A DNA stretch of 61,087 bases, counting the filler. It is 3 parts of 3 records of this genome, joined end to end, with 100 filler letters (N's around TTAATTAATTAA, not from the genome) between each part and the next. Parts side by side here need not be neighbours in the genome. Positions count along the whole stretch, not along the records: positions 5,401 to 30,702 come from SRR20825006_2459; positions 30,803 to 61,087 come from SRR20825006_2462; 1 more part is not named here. The stretch is one strand, 5' to 3'. The position numbers and the translations under genes are program-made. The notes below the pieces were generated by a model. That model was not told where the DNA came from. It saw only the letters and a list, made by a program, of their open reading frames with translations, and did no database searches. Positions 29,049 to 38,634 of this stretch are shown here, in pieces (the stretch's first letter is position 1; every line of letters starts with the position of its first letter).

Positions 29049-29507
29049 TTAATTTAGTAGTATCAACTTCCTTTTTACAACTTCAAAATCATCTAATAGG
29101 AACACCCTTGTTGCACTTATGTGTGTGCTTTGGGATTTCATATACAGATGAATTTGTTCGCTTGAATCATCAATCTTGAACGAAATCTTAAAAATATCCT
29201 TGAAGATCTGATTCTCGGTGTTAAACTTGATTTTAATTTCATTTTTTTCTTCTATTGGCTTCCAATCATATTTATCTCTTTTGCCAACTTTACTTGAAAT
29301 TATGGGTGGTTTGAATTTGAAATCATTAAATGAAAGGATTGCCGCAATAACCTCAGGAGTAATATCAGTACCTTTATGTTCAATTTTATTTAAAACATAG
29401 CCGCCATCTAGTGTCTCCGCAATTTTCGCATCTTTTGATTTGCATCCTAGAAGACAAATTACAACAGTTAGTAGGACGGTATGGTTTAATTTTAGATGAT
29501 TCTTCAT
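29049..29507 (-). CDS. Hypothetical lipoprotein
   Basis: Lipobox LLGC after a hydrophobic stretch; AT-rich; the ATG overlaps repeat copy 4. Confidence 0.7.
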   Translation of the reverse strand: MKNHLKLNHTVLLTVVICLLGCKSKDAKIAETLDGGYVLNKIEHKGTDITPEVIAAILSFNDFKFKPPIISSKVGKRDKYDWKPIEEKNEIKIKFNTENQIFKDIFKISFKIDDSSEQIHLYMKSQSTHISATRVFLLDDFEVVKRKLILLN

Positions 29508-29523
29508 CGTTTACTTGAACTTT
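29507..29523 (+). repeat. 17-bp module-boundary repeat, copy 4
   Basis: TCGTTTACTTGAACTTT (16/17). Confidence 0.88.
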
Positions 29524-29527
29524 AAAC

Positions 29528-29995
29528 TTAATATTGTTCGTGCAGAAAGTTTATAAATTCATCCTTATCTTCATCTTCTTCACGACCAAGAAAATGGATA
29601 ACGGCCAACCTTTCATTGCTGACATAGTATTGATGGCACTCCAACCGGTACTGAATATCATCCTCACCATCCGAGAACCATATCTCTATTTCAATCGGAG
29701 TACTGTAATCTACGCCTAGTTTCTCCAGTTCTCGAAGATTTTCATAAATACCGCTCGGAGTTTGATCATTGAGAAGGTTTCCGTCATCATCAAAAAGGTC
29801 TTCCTGCTCCCGCCGCCGCATGACCAAGTAAACCGTTTTATGATTTTCAACAAAATAAGCTCCGTCAATGGTTGCTTCCACCGTCTCTTCCCCATTGACA
29901 ATCCTGGCAGTAATACGATTGGCAATCAAATCATTCCTTATCCAGTCCTCGACAATTTCCAATAGTATGCCAAAATTTACGCTTATTTTCTGCAT
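29528..29995 (-). CDS. Hypothetical acidic protein
   Basis: 155-aa ORF rich in D/E; fills the gap between repeat copy 4 and the ParE-family toxin gene; no family recognised. Confidence 0.65.
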   Translation of the reverse strand: MQKISVNFGILLEIVEDWIRNDLIANRITARIVNGEETVEATIDGAYFVENHKTVYLVMRRREQEDLFDDDGNLLNDQTPSGIYENLRELEKLGVDYSTPIEIEIWFSDGEDDIQYRLECHQYYVSNERLAVIHFLGREEDEDKDEFINFLHEQY

Positions 29996-30029
29996 GTATA
30001 TTTGTACTTTTTAATCAGATAAATATCTG

Positions 30030-30320
30030 CTAAAGATGTCTTTTGAAATCTCTTACTTGTCCTAAAATGCGAACGACGAATATGCCCTTTTCAGTTGGTT
30101 CGTAAAAAATTGTGTGTGCCTTATAGTTGTATCTTCTAAGTAGAGCCGCAAATTCTGAAGCACTTCGGCCAAGATCGGGATTATCTGCCAGAGTTTGTAA
30201 AAATTGGTATAATTCGGTAACATAGATATGCGTCTGTGATTCACCCCAAGTTTCCAAGGTATAATCCACTATATCATCGATATCGTCATCCGCTTTGGAC
30301 GATAAATAATATCTAGGCAT
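30030..30320 (-). CDS. Type II toxin, RelE/ParE family (ParE1-like)
   Basis: YYLSSKADDDIDDIVDYTLETWGESQ...NPDLGR...HTIFY...IFVVRIL. Confidence 0.9.
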   Translation of the reverse strand: MPRYYLSSKADDDIDDIVDYTLETWGESQTHIYVTELYQFLQTLADNPDLGRSASEFAALLRRYNYKAHTIFYEPTEKGIFVVRILGQVRDFKRHL

Positions 30321-30573
30321 TTCTGTTCTTTTTACGAACTATCGCAGCTTCAATAATTTCATCAACAGACCTGATTTTAGAATTTACGCCACTATCATAA
30401 CCATCCTGTATGGCCGCCTTAGTGATTAGAAACTCCCTATTGCGCTCCTCATCCAATCGTATTAGATGTCGCATGTATTCACTATCGTTTGCGAAGCCAC
30501 CATTCTTGATTTGTAATTTTATCCACTCTTCCTGGGCAGCAGTTATAGTTAATGATTTTCTTATTGTTGCCAT
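30313..30573 (-). CDS. Type II antitoxin, ParD (CC2985-like RHH)
   Basis: MATIRKSLTIT...QIKNGGFANDSEYMRHLIR...AIQDGYDSG; overlaps the toxin start. Confidence 0.9.
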   Translation of the reverse strand: MATIRKSLTITAAQEEWIKLQIKNGGFANDSEYMRHLIRLDEERNREFLITKAAIQDGYDSGVNSKIRSVDEIIEAAIVRKKNRNA

Positions 30574-30673
30574 AATAATAGTATTTACATACAATATACA
30601 CATTATAACATATTATTGATGCAAATTTATTGAATATTTGTCAAACGGAATTATATCAGGAATGTTTTAGGAA

Positions 30674-30690
30674 TCGTTTGTTTGAACTTT
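30674..30690 (+). repeat. 17-bp module-boundary repeat, copy 5 (12 bp from the contig end)
   Basis: TCGTTTGTTTGAACTTT (16/17). Confidence 0.88.
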
Positions 30691-30702
30691 TCTTTGATTA
30701 TA

Positions 30703-30802
30703 NNNNNNNNNNNNNNNNNNNNNNNNNNNNNNNNNNNNNNNNNNNNTTAATTAATTAANNNNNNNNNNNNNNNNNNNNNNNNNNNNNNNNNNNNNNNNNN
30801 NN
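30703..30802. other. Artificial contig linker
   Basis: N44 + TTAATTAATTAA + N44. Confidence 0.99.
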
Positions 30803-31726
<924 letters not shown>

Positions 31727-31769
31727 TTATAATTGAATACGCGGAAAATGACCGCTATTTTTTCGGCTG

Positions 31770-31777
31770 CAAAGATA
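31770..31777 (-). promoter_or_regulatory. -7 promoter element (TATCTTTG) upstream of atpD
   Basis: Matches TAnnTTTG about 55 nt upstream of the ATG. Confidence 0.6.
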
Positions 31778-31824
31778 TGCTTTTACATTTTTATTCAGAA
31801 ACCGATTTCAGCTTTTTTTTAAAG

Positions 31825-31854
31825 AAAAAAGGCGCTGGATTTCCCAACGCCTTT
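31825..31854 (-). terminator. Intrinsic terminator of the TonB receptor gene
   Basis: Minus strand AAAGGCGTTGG-loop-CCAGCGCCTTTTTT. Confidence 0.75.
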
Positions 31855-31876
31855 AGTTCTGCTTGTTTCCTGTCAA

Positions 31877-34636
31877 TTAAGGATTTATGGTCCAAGACAA
31901 ATAGTAAATGGAACCTATGAATCCTGTACCGATGGCAGTGTAGTACTCATCACCCAACAGGTTAGATCCTCCCAGTTTGAAAATAGACTTGATGGATGGT
32001 ACGGAGTAATTGACCTGAGCATCCAAAACGGTATATGCCGGAATATCTCCATCTGCGAAGGAAGCTTCCCAATAGTAGCTGTCGCTCCATCTGTAGTTCA
32101 CGTTAAAACCAAAGCTCTTAAATAGCGCCGCATTACCAAAGGATGCTTTTACCTTATGCTTTGGTGTGTTAAAGTTGGTTCTAAGGTCAGGGTATCTTCC
32201 TTCATCAATATCCAATTCGGCAAAGGTATAGTTCACTCCTAAATCAAAATTTCCAAGTTTTGTATCCACTCCAAGAGTAGCTCCGTAGGAATTGATATCC
32301 GCTTCTGAGTTGGTATAGGTTTGATAAACTTGAAAATCCCCATTCTGTAGGGCTAACAACGAAAGACCACCATCTCCTGCTTCACCGTAGAAAGGAACAG
32401 CCGTGGTTGTATTGGCCAAAAAGTTGGAGTAACTGTTATAATATCCACTCAAATCGATAGTGAATTTACCCACTTGACCTCTATATCCAGCCTCAAAAGC
32501 TGTAATTTCTTCAGGTTGAACCAATGGCGTGTTGACCGCTTCCGGTGCTCCTGCCTGTAAGGAAGCTGTTGAGTATGCATTCTCGTAAGCATCCCTACCT
32601 ACAAGTTGTACCGTGGACTGACCAATAAGGGCCTGACCAGATGCACTTACCTCAAAAGTACGTACATCCCTATCCAGGTTGGCCGGTGCGGACCCTACCA
32701 AGATAGCGCGTCCAGCATTTAAACCGATGAACAAATCCTGGGTAGTCGGGTTTCTAAAACCTTGTTGCACGGAAACCCTTAGGTTATGATTCCTTTCCTC
32801 GCCCAAAGTATACGCGAACGAAACTCTTGGTGAAAGGAACCCATCAAAAAATTCGTTTTTATCGTAACGGGCAGAACCGGTAAACTTTAAACGGTCATCC
32901 AAAAACTTTTTCTGTACTTGAAGGTAGGCACCGTATTCGTTGTATTTGATAGGACCGTCAATATCCGTAAAAATGGTTCCTTGGGAATTCAATTCATATT
33001 CCCTGAACGATCCACCGATTTGTATATCTGCCCAGTCATCAATCAAGTGGGCAATGTTATAATTACCGTTTACGTGACGGAACTTGGTTTTATCAATAAA
33101 TTTGGCTCCTGTTGTTAAATCCCCATTGTTGATCACACTGTTAAACGCACTTTCAAACGCTGGGGTTCCAGGAATTAACCGTCCTTGGTCAGCTGCTTGT
33201 CTACCTGCTATATGTGCTTGGGCAGAGGCCTCCTCCGGGGTCAATCCCGCTCCTTGAATACCTCCTAAATATGTGGGGATATAGGCCCCAGCATAATCCG
33301 TAAACCATTGGGTATCCGATTTCCATGCCCTGTTTACGTTGATGCCTGCGAAACGGGTATCGTAAGCGTCTCCTGAATTTTCGGAAACGATATAACCTCT
33401 AATAAAGAAATTGTCGTTTTTGATTTCCAGTCTATGCTGCTGCATCGTAAATCCTGCTACGGCATAGCGGTTGGCTCCTTGATAAATAGTGGTACCTCTA
33501 CCTATTCTACTGTTCAGAATCACTTCCAAATCATTGGCAAAAGGTCTGTAGTGCAATGCAAAATCAGCTTTAACACTTTCAGCGTTGTAATTGGCTAAAT
33601 CGGCTTCATCATAACCTGTCCTTGAAATTGTGGCCGAGCCTACGGTTCCAGATGGGAATCCTGCTGCAGCATCGAAGTCCAATGTTGTGGAAACCTCATC
33701 CCCATACACATTCAATCCATCGTAAGCCGGATTGGAGCGGTCGGCTCCTGGATTGTTCAAATCCACTCGGCTGTTGGCATGCCAATCTTCACCATTTAAA
33801 ACGGAAAGGTTGGCCTTTACAGCCACTTTATCACTAAAGGCGTGGGCCGCGCGTACACCAAAATCTTTATAGAAATTGCTCCCGGCAGCATCTTGGGTGG
33901 TTACACCTCCTTTGGCATATGCACTTATCCCTTGAAAATCGAATGGGTTTTTACTAGTCATGAAAAGAATACCGTTAAACGCGCCTGCACCATATAAGGC
34001 AGAAGACGCTCCCGGCAATATCTCTACGCTCTGTACATCCAGTTCGGACATCCCCACAAGGTTACCCAATACAAAGTTAAGACCAGGCGCGGTATTGTCC
34101 ATACCATCTACCAATTGCAGGAACCTATTGTTGGCAAATGTGGCAAAACCTCTAGTGTTTATGGATTGGAAAGTTAAACTGTTTGTGTTTATATCCACTC
34201 CCTTCAAATTTTGAAGCCCCCCATAAAAGGATTCTGCAGTGGTATTCTTGATTTCCTTGAGTCCAAAACGCTCCACCGATACGGGAGATTCAAAGATACG
34301 TTCGGGCGTTCGCGATGCAGAAATTACGATTTCGTCGAGCATCGTATTGGCCTCAGAAAGCGTTATGGTAAGCGTTTGATTGTTCGACGTAACATTTGCT
34401 GTAAAATCCGAGAAGCCAATACTTGAAAATTGGAGTCGAAATGGAGGGACTGCATCCGTATTAAAGGTAAAATTTCCATCAAAGTCCGTAGTGGTTCCTT
34501 CTGCCTTCCCTACCAAAACCACGTTGGCTCCCGGTATGGGCTCATTGTTTTCATCAACTACCTTTCCCTGTACCGTGGTTTGACCATAGGACGCCAAACC
34601 CAACAACATTAGGGAAACAAACATAAGTTTTTTCAT
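31877..34636 (-). CDS. TonB-dependent receptor
   Basis: Signal peptide, CarboxypepD-like domain, plug (DEIVISASR...VEILPGASSALYGAGAFNG) and beta-barrel C-terminus. Confidence 0.93.
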   Translation of the reverse strand: MKKLMFVSLMLLGLASYGQTTVQGKVVDENNEPIPGANVVLVGKAEGTTTDFDGNFTFNTDAVPPFRLQFSSIGFSDFTANVTSNNQTLTITLSEANTMLDEIVISASRTPERIFESPVSVERFGLKEIKNTTAESFYGGLQNLKGVDINTNSLTFQSINTRGFATFANNRFLQLVDGMDNTAPGLNFVLGNLVGMSELDVQSVEILPGASSALYGAGAFNGILFMTSKNPFDFQGISAYAKGGVTTQDAAGSNFYKDFGVRAAHAFSDKVAVKANLSVLNGEDWHANSRVDLNNPGADRSNPAYDGLNVYGDEVSTTLDFDAAAGFPSGTVGSATISRTGYDEADLANYNAESVKADFALHYRPFANDLEVILNSRIGRGTTIYQGANRYAVAGFTMQQHRLEIKNDNFFIRGYIVSENSGDAYDTRFAGINVNRAWKSDTQWFTDYAGAYIPTYLGGIQGAGLTPEEASAQAHIAGRQAADQGRLIPGTPAFESAFNSVINNGDLTTGAKFIDKTKFRHVNGNYNIAHLIDDWADIQIGGSFREYELNSQGTIFTDIDGPIKYNEYGAYLQVQKKFLDDRLKFTGSARYDKNEFFDGFLSPRVSFAYTLGEERNHNLRVSVQQGFRNPTTQDLFIGLNAGRAILVGSAPANLDRDVRTFEVSASGQALIGQSTVQLVGRDAYENAYSTASLQAGAPEAVNTPLVQPEEITAFEAGYRGQVGKFTIDLSGYYNSYSNFLANTTTAVPFYGEAGDGGLSLLALQNGDFQVYQTYTNSEADINSYGATLGVDTKLGNFDLGVNYTFAELDIDEGRYPDLRTNFNTPKHKVKASFGNAALFKSFGFNVNYRWSDSYYWEASFADGDIPAYTVLDAQVNYSVPSIKSIFKLGGSNLLGDEYYTAIGTGFIGSIYYLSWTINP

Positions 34637-34790
34637 TTGCTATGGATTAGAGTTAATTTAGTTTTTGTGCATGTTAAGTATCAATCGGGAAGATACATTT
34701 TTTTTTATTCCGATTATACAAATTTGAAAAAAATTATGCATGCATAATACTTTTTTGACAAAAAATCCTGTTCAAATATACGTTTTCAAC

Positions 34791-34818
34791 AAAAAAGGCG
34801 CTGTTTCCAGCACCTTTT
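34791..34818 (-). terminator. Intrinsic terminator of glmS
   Basis: Minus strand AAAAGGTGCTG-loop-CAGCGCCTTTTTT. Confidence 0.75.
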
Positions 34819-34846
34819 CAATCCAAAAGATATGTTTTTTTAGGTA

Positions 34847-36694
34847 TTATTCGACAGTCACCGATTTTGCCAAGTTTCTTGGCTGGTCCACATTGCACCC
34901 CCTCATTACCGCTATGTGGTATGATAGTAATTGCAGTGGTATGGTGGTCAGTAGCGGCGACAAACTTTCCGAAGTCTCTGGGACTTCGATTACGTGGTCT
35001 GCCAATTCTTTTACAGTTTGATCGCCTTCTGTAACAATAGCAATAATCTTACCTTTTCTAGATTTGATTTCTTGAATGTTACTGACAACTTTTTCGTAGT
35101 GTCCTTTCTTTGTGGCAATAACCACAACGGGCATTTGCTCATCGATAAGAGCGATTGGACCATGCTTCATTTCTGCCGCAGGATACCCTTCGGCGTGGAT
35201 ATAGCTAATTTCCTTCAACTTTAAAGCTCCTTCAAGTGCAACAGGGAAATTATATCCTCTACCCAAATACAAACAGTTCGATGAATCTTTATAGGTTGCG
35301 GATATTTCCTCCACCAAGGGATTGGACAAAAGTGCCTTTTCAACTTTTGCCGGAATAGCCTCAAGTTCCGCCAAATATTCGTGGTATTTGGATTGAGATA
35401 ATGTTCCCTTTTCTTGCGCCAATTTCAAGGCAATCAAGGTCAATACGGTAATCTGAGTAGTAAATGCCTTTGTGGAAGCTACGCCAATTTCGGGTCCTGC
35501 ATGGGTGTAGGCTCCTGCATGGGTCTCCCTTGCTATGGATGAGCCCACCACATTACAGACTCCAAAAACAAACGCTCCTTTTTCCTTGGCCAATTTAATC
35601 GCTGCCAATGTATCGGCAGTTTCACCGGATTGGGAAATGGCTATCAAGACATCCTTTTCGGTTATCACTGGGTTACGGTACCTGAACTCCGAGGCATATT
35701 CTACCTCTACTGGTATCCGTGCCATGTCCTCAAAAATATACTCGGCAACCAAACCTGCATGCCAAGAGGTACCACAAGCAACTATTATAATCCTATTGGC
35801 ATTTAGGAATTTTTCCAAATTTTGGTCTATCCCTGCCATTTTAACGATTCCCTTGTCTGCCAAAAGACGTCCTCTGTACGTATCTTGTATGGCCTTGGGC
35901 TGCTCGTAGATTTCCTTGAGCATAAAGTGGTCGTAACCGCCCTTTTCTATCTCTTCTAAATTAAGTTGAAGTTCCAAAATGTTCGGATAGGCGATGGCAT
36001 CGTCCTTGATCTTACGCATTTTGATTTCCTTGCCTATCCTTATAATGGCCATCTCCTCATCTTCGAGATAAACGGCATTGTTGGTAAACTCTATAAATGG
36101 AGAAGCATCAGAGGCAATAAAATATTCATTTTCCCCGATTCCGATCGCGAGTGGGCTACCCAATTTGGCAACTACGATTTCATCCGGTTTATTTTTATCA
36201 AAAACTGCAATGGCATATGCCCCGACCACTTGGTTCAATGCAATTTGTACGGCTTTTCCAAGTTTTACCCCTTCTTTGTTCTTAACTTCCTCTATCAAGT
36301 TGACAAGCACCTCGGTATCGGTATCCGACTCAAAAGTGTATCCTCTTTTTTTCAATGCTTGCTTTATGGATTCATAATTTTCGATGATTCCATTGTGAAT
36401 AATCACCAAGTCACCTGAATTTGAGTAATGCGGGTGGGAGTTTACATCGTTTGGCACACCATGTGTTGCCCATCTTGTATGGCCAAGCCCCAATTTCCCA
36501 CTGGTAGGGATAGTGGCTTCGGCCTTGGTTTTTAAATCCTCGACCTTGCCTTTTGTTTTGGCCAAATGAATGTTTTTTCCATCGAACAAGGTCACCCCTG
36601 CACTATCGTACCCTCTATATTCGAGTCTTTGCAAGCCTTTAATGATGACCGGATAGGCGTCTCTATGCCCGATATAACCAACTATTCCACACAT
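34847..36694 (-). CDS. glmS: Glutamine--fructose-6-phosphate transaminase (isomerizing)
   Basis: MCGIVG, GHTRWATHG, SQSGETADT and PRNLAKSVTVE. Confidence 0.99.
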   Translation of the reverse strand: MCGIVGYIGHRDAYPVIIKGLQRLEYRGYDSAGVTLFDGKNIHLAKTKGKVEDLKTKAEATIPTSGKLGLGHTRWATHGVPNDVNSHPHYSNSGDLVIIHNGIIENYESIKQALKKRGYTFESDTDTEVLVNLIEEVKNKEGVKLGKAVQIALNQVVGAYAIAVFDKNKPDEIVVAKLGSPLAIGIGENEYFIASDASPFIEFTNNAVYLEDEEMAIIRIGKEIKMRKIKDDAIAYPNILELQLNLEEIEKGGYDHFMLKEIYEQPKAIQDTYRGRLLADKGIVKMAGIDQNLEKFLNANRIIIVACGTSWHAGLVAEYIFEDMARIPVEVEYASEFRYRNPVITEKDVLIAISQSGETADTLAAIKLAKEKGAFVFGVCNVVGSSIARETHAGAYTHAGPEIGVASTKAFTTQITVLTLIALKLAQEKGTLSQSKYHEYLAELEAIPAKVEKALLSNPLVEEISATYKDSSNCLYLGRGYNFPVALEGALKLKEISYIHAEGYPAAEMKHGPIALIDEQMPVVVIATKKGHYEKVVSNIQEIKSRKGKIIAIVTEGDQTVKELADHVIEVPETSESLSPLLTTIPLQLLSYHIAVMRGCNVDQPRNLAKSVTVE

Positions 36695-36820
36695 AAGATT
36701 TTTTTTAAGTTAATAACCATTGGGGGTTAGTCATCAAAATTAAAAGGTTTGATTTAAATTATTTGGTTATGATGGCTTAAAACGATGAACGCCCAAAAAA
36801 CCACGATAAATCAATCCCAA

Positions 36821-38629
36821 TTAGTTGGCCTGGGTGTAGAAGATTTCCAATTTTAGTTTTTTATCCTCAAACTCGTTGGACACATTGCTTCCGTAAAGAA
36901 CAGTGCCCAAAGGACTAACCGTTCCGGCAATGGGATAATCGACTCCTTGCATGTCAGTGCCAATCGCTTCCCGAAGTCCAAGCAAAGCCATATTAGGCGT
37001 TAATGTCAACCCTAATCTTGCATTCGTGGAGTCACGAACTATAATATTGTTGATATGCTCTGTAATGCGTATTTTATATTTTACTCCCCTATTATTTTCT
37101 TGCTCCAATATACCACCATGATTCAGATAATATTGTAACGGGTTTGTTCCTCCATTTATATCAGGATCTTCGTTCGAAGCATCGAAAATGGGTCTGTTTG
37201 TTTCTGCATTGTAAATGTAAAGCCTTGGTGGTTCGACTACCGAAGCATCTACAGCCTCTTGATCTACATAGAATACAAGATTGGCCTCGTTGATTATCCA
37301 ACTGTTCTGTTTAATCTGATTGATTATATCTTCCCCACCGTTGATTACCTCGTCAAACAAACGTACCTCTGTAACGGCAGCACCTCCCTTTACATAAATT
37401 CTAGAAGCGTTTTCTCCATTGTCCATTGCGCTTACCACCTCTGGGGGCAACATTTCATTCTCAAAAACATTTACTGCATTACCGGTAACCCCTGTTTGTT
37501 GAGAACTAATCAAAAAGTTCAAGACGAAGTCTTTTTCCGCCGTAACGGTCTCTTCGGCCTCGGCATCATAGTCATCGTAGGTATAGGTTATGGTAATGTT
37601 TGCGCGGGTGAGATCCAACAAAAACATTAATTCTTCCATATCTGTTCCCGTCAAATGCACTCCCCGAAGGAAATTTTTAAAGTTTGAATTGTTCAACAGC
37701 TCAGACTGACCTTCTTTATCCAAGATATTCTGTTGGAAAAAATCGGGATTCAAAGGAATATGAATCCCCGGAGGTATTCTATCATCTACAACAGTTTTCG
37801 ATTCGTCCACATCGGTATCGGGATCATCCTCAGCCATTACAACTGTCTCAATATCATCAATTATCACGGTGTTTTTACCTGTAATGGTAAGCTCTTCGCC
37901 GATAAAGCTGGAGAAATCCTGGTTGGAGTAATATTCTTGTGCCTGCTGAAAGTTTGAATTGGGGTCCAAATCCCTAAGAAAGTAGTTAGACCTTGAGACT
38001 ACGATGTCAAATGTTTGGTTTCTGTCTCCGTAAATACTATCCAAATCAAATCTGTTGGGATATACATTGGGCGTAAAATTGTCTCCGGTTCCATCTTCAT
38101 CGGGATTATACGGATCAGAACCGATTATTCTTTCTTGATTGTCGCTAACCCCATCACCATCCCAATCAGAGTTTGGGTCATCGGCATCGTCACCATTCTC
38201 AAGGTCATCGGGAACTCCGTCACCATCCCTATCAGGTGAGGGGGCCGTTAAAAAAGGAATGTTTAAATATACCTCGGTTACGGTCTCATTCTCTTGGTCG
38301 TTATCGGGGTCATCCTCACTAGCTTGTGACAAATCCCCAAATGTTGGTGAACCTGTGGTCAATTGAAGTTGTGAAATAATGCTCGCCTTTCTTTGACCAT
38401 ATATAGGGTCGTTGAAGGTACCAAGTTGATATACGGGCAGCCTATTGGTCTGAACAGCGGTTATGCCCTTGTTGTAGGCAAACACGTCATACTCAACTTT
38501 ACCTGTTGTAAAAGGCTCACCATCAATAACGCCTTCACCTATGGTATCCAACTCCTCTTCACAAGAGACAATTAGTAAAAACAAAGTTCCAAACAGTGCC
38601 GAAACCTTGAAAATATTGGAAAATCTCAT
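36821..38629 (-). CDS. DUF4270 family lipoprotein
   Basis: Lipobox IVSC; position between glycogen synthase-like gene and glmS; C-terminal KKLKLEIFYT. Confidence 0.85.
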   Translation of the reverse strand: MRFSNIFKVSALFGTLFLLIVSCEEELDTIGEGVIDGEPFTTGKVEYDVFAYNKGITAVQTNRLPVYQLGTFNDPIYGQRKASIISQLQLTTGSPTFGDLSQASEDDPDNDQENETVTEVYLNIPFLTAPSPDRDGDGVPDDLENGDDADDPNSDWDGDGVSDNQERIIGSDPYNPDEDGTGDNFTPNVYPNRFDLDSIYGDRNQTFDIVVSRSNYFLRDLDPNSNFQQAQEYYSNQDFSSFIGEELTITGKNTVIIDDIETVVMAEDDPDTDVDESKTVVDDRIPPGIHIPLNPDFFQQNILDKEGQSELLNNSNFKNFLRGVHLTGTDMEELMFLLDLTRANITITYTYDDYDAEAEETVTAEKDFVLNFLISSQQTGVTGNAVNVFENEMLPPEVVSAMDNGENASRIYVKGGAAVTEVRLFDEVINGGEDIINQIKQNSWIINEANLVFYVDQEAVDASVVEPPRLYIYNAETNRPIFDASNEDPDINGGTNPLQYYLNHGGILEQENNRGVKYKIRITEHINNIIVRDSTNARLGLTLTPNMALLGLREAIGTDMQGVDYPIAGTVSPLGTVLYGSNVSNEFEDKKLKLEIFYTQAN

Positions 38630-38634
38630 TCAAT

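Noticed and set aside
29994-30010. Possible extra boundary copy ATGTATATTTGTACTTT (13/17) at the start of the 155-aa ORF
   Set aside because: It lacks the conserved TCG and equally matches a generic TAnnTTTG box; it was not counted, though it cannot be excluded.
23133-30690. CRISPR array, integron attC sites or Xer dif/pdif sites as the identity of the 17-bp repeats
   Set aside because: Spacing is 0.5-5.4 kb with genes between copies, there is no cas or intI gene, no attC-like long palindrome was seen, and there is no TTATGTTAAAT-like XerD arm.
36695-36820. glmS ribozyme upstream of glmS
   Set aside because: Short AT-rich spacer with no recognisable ribozyme core.
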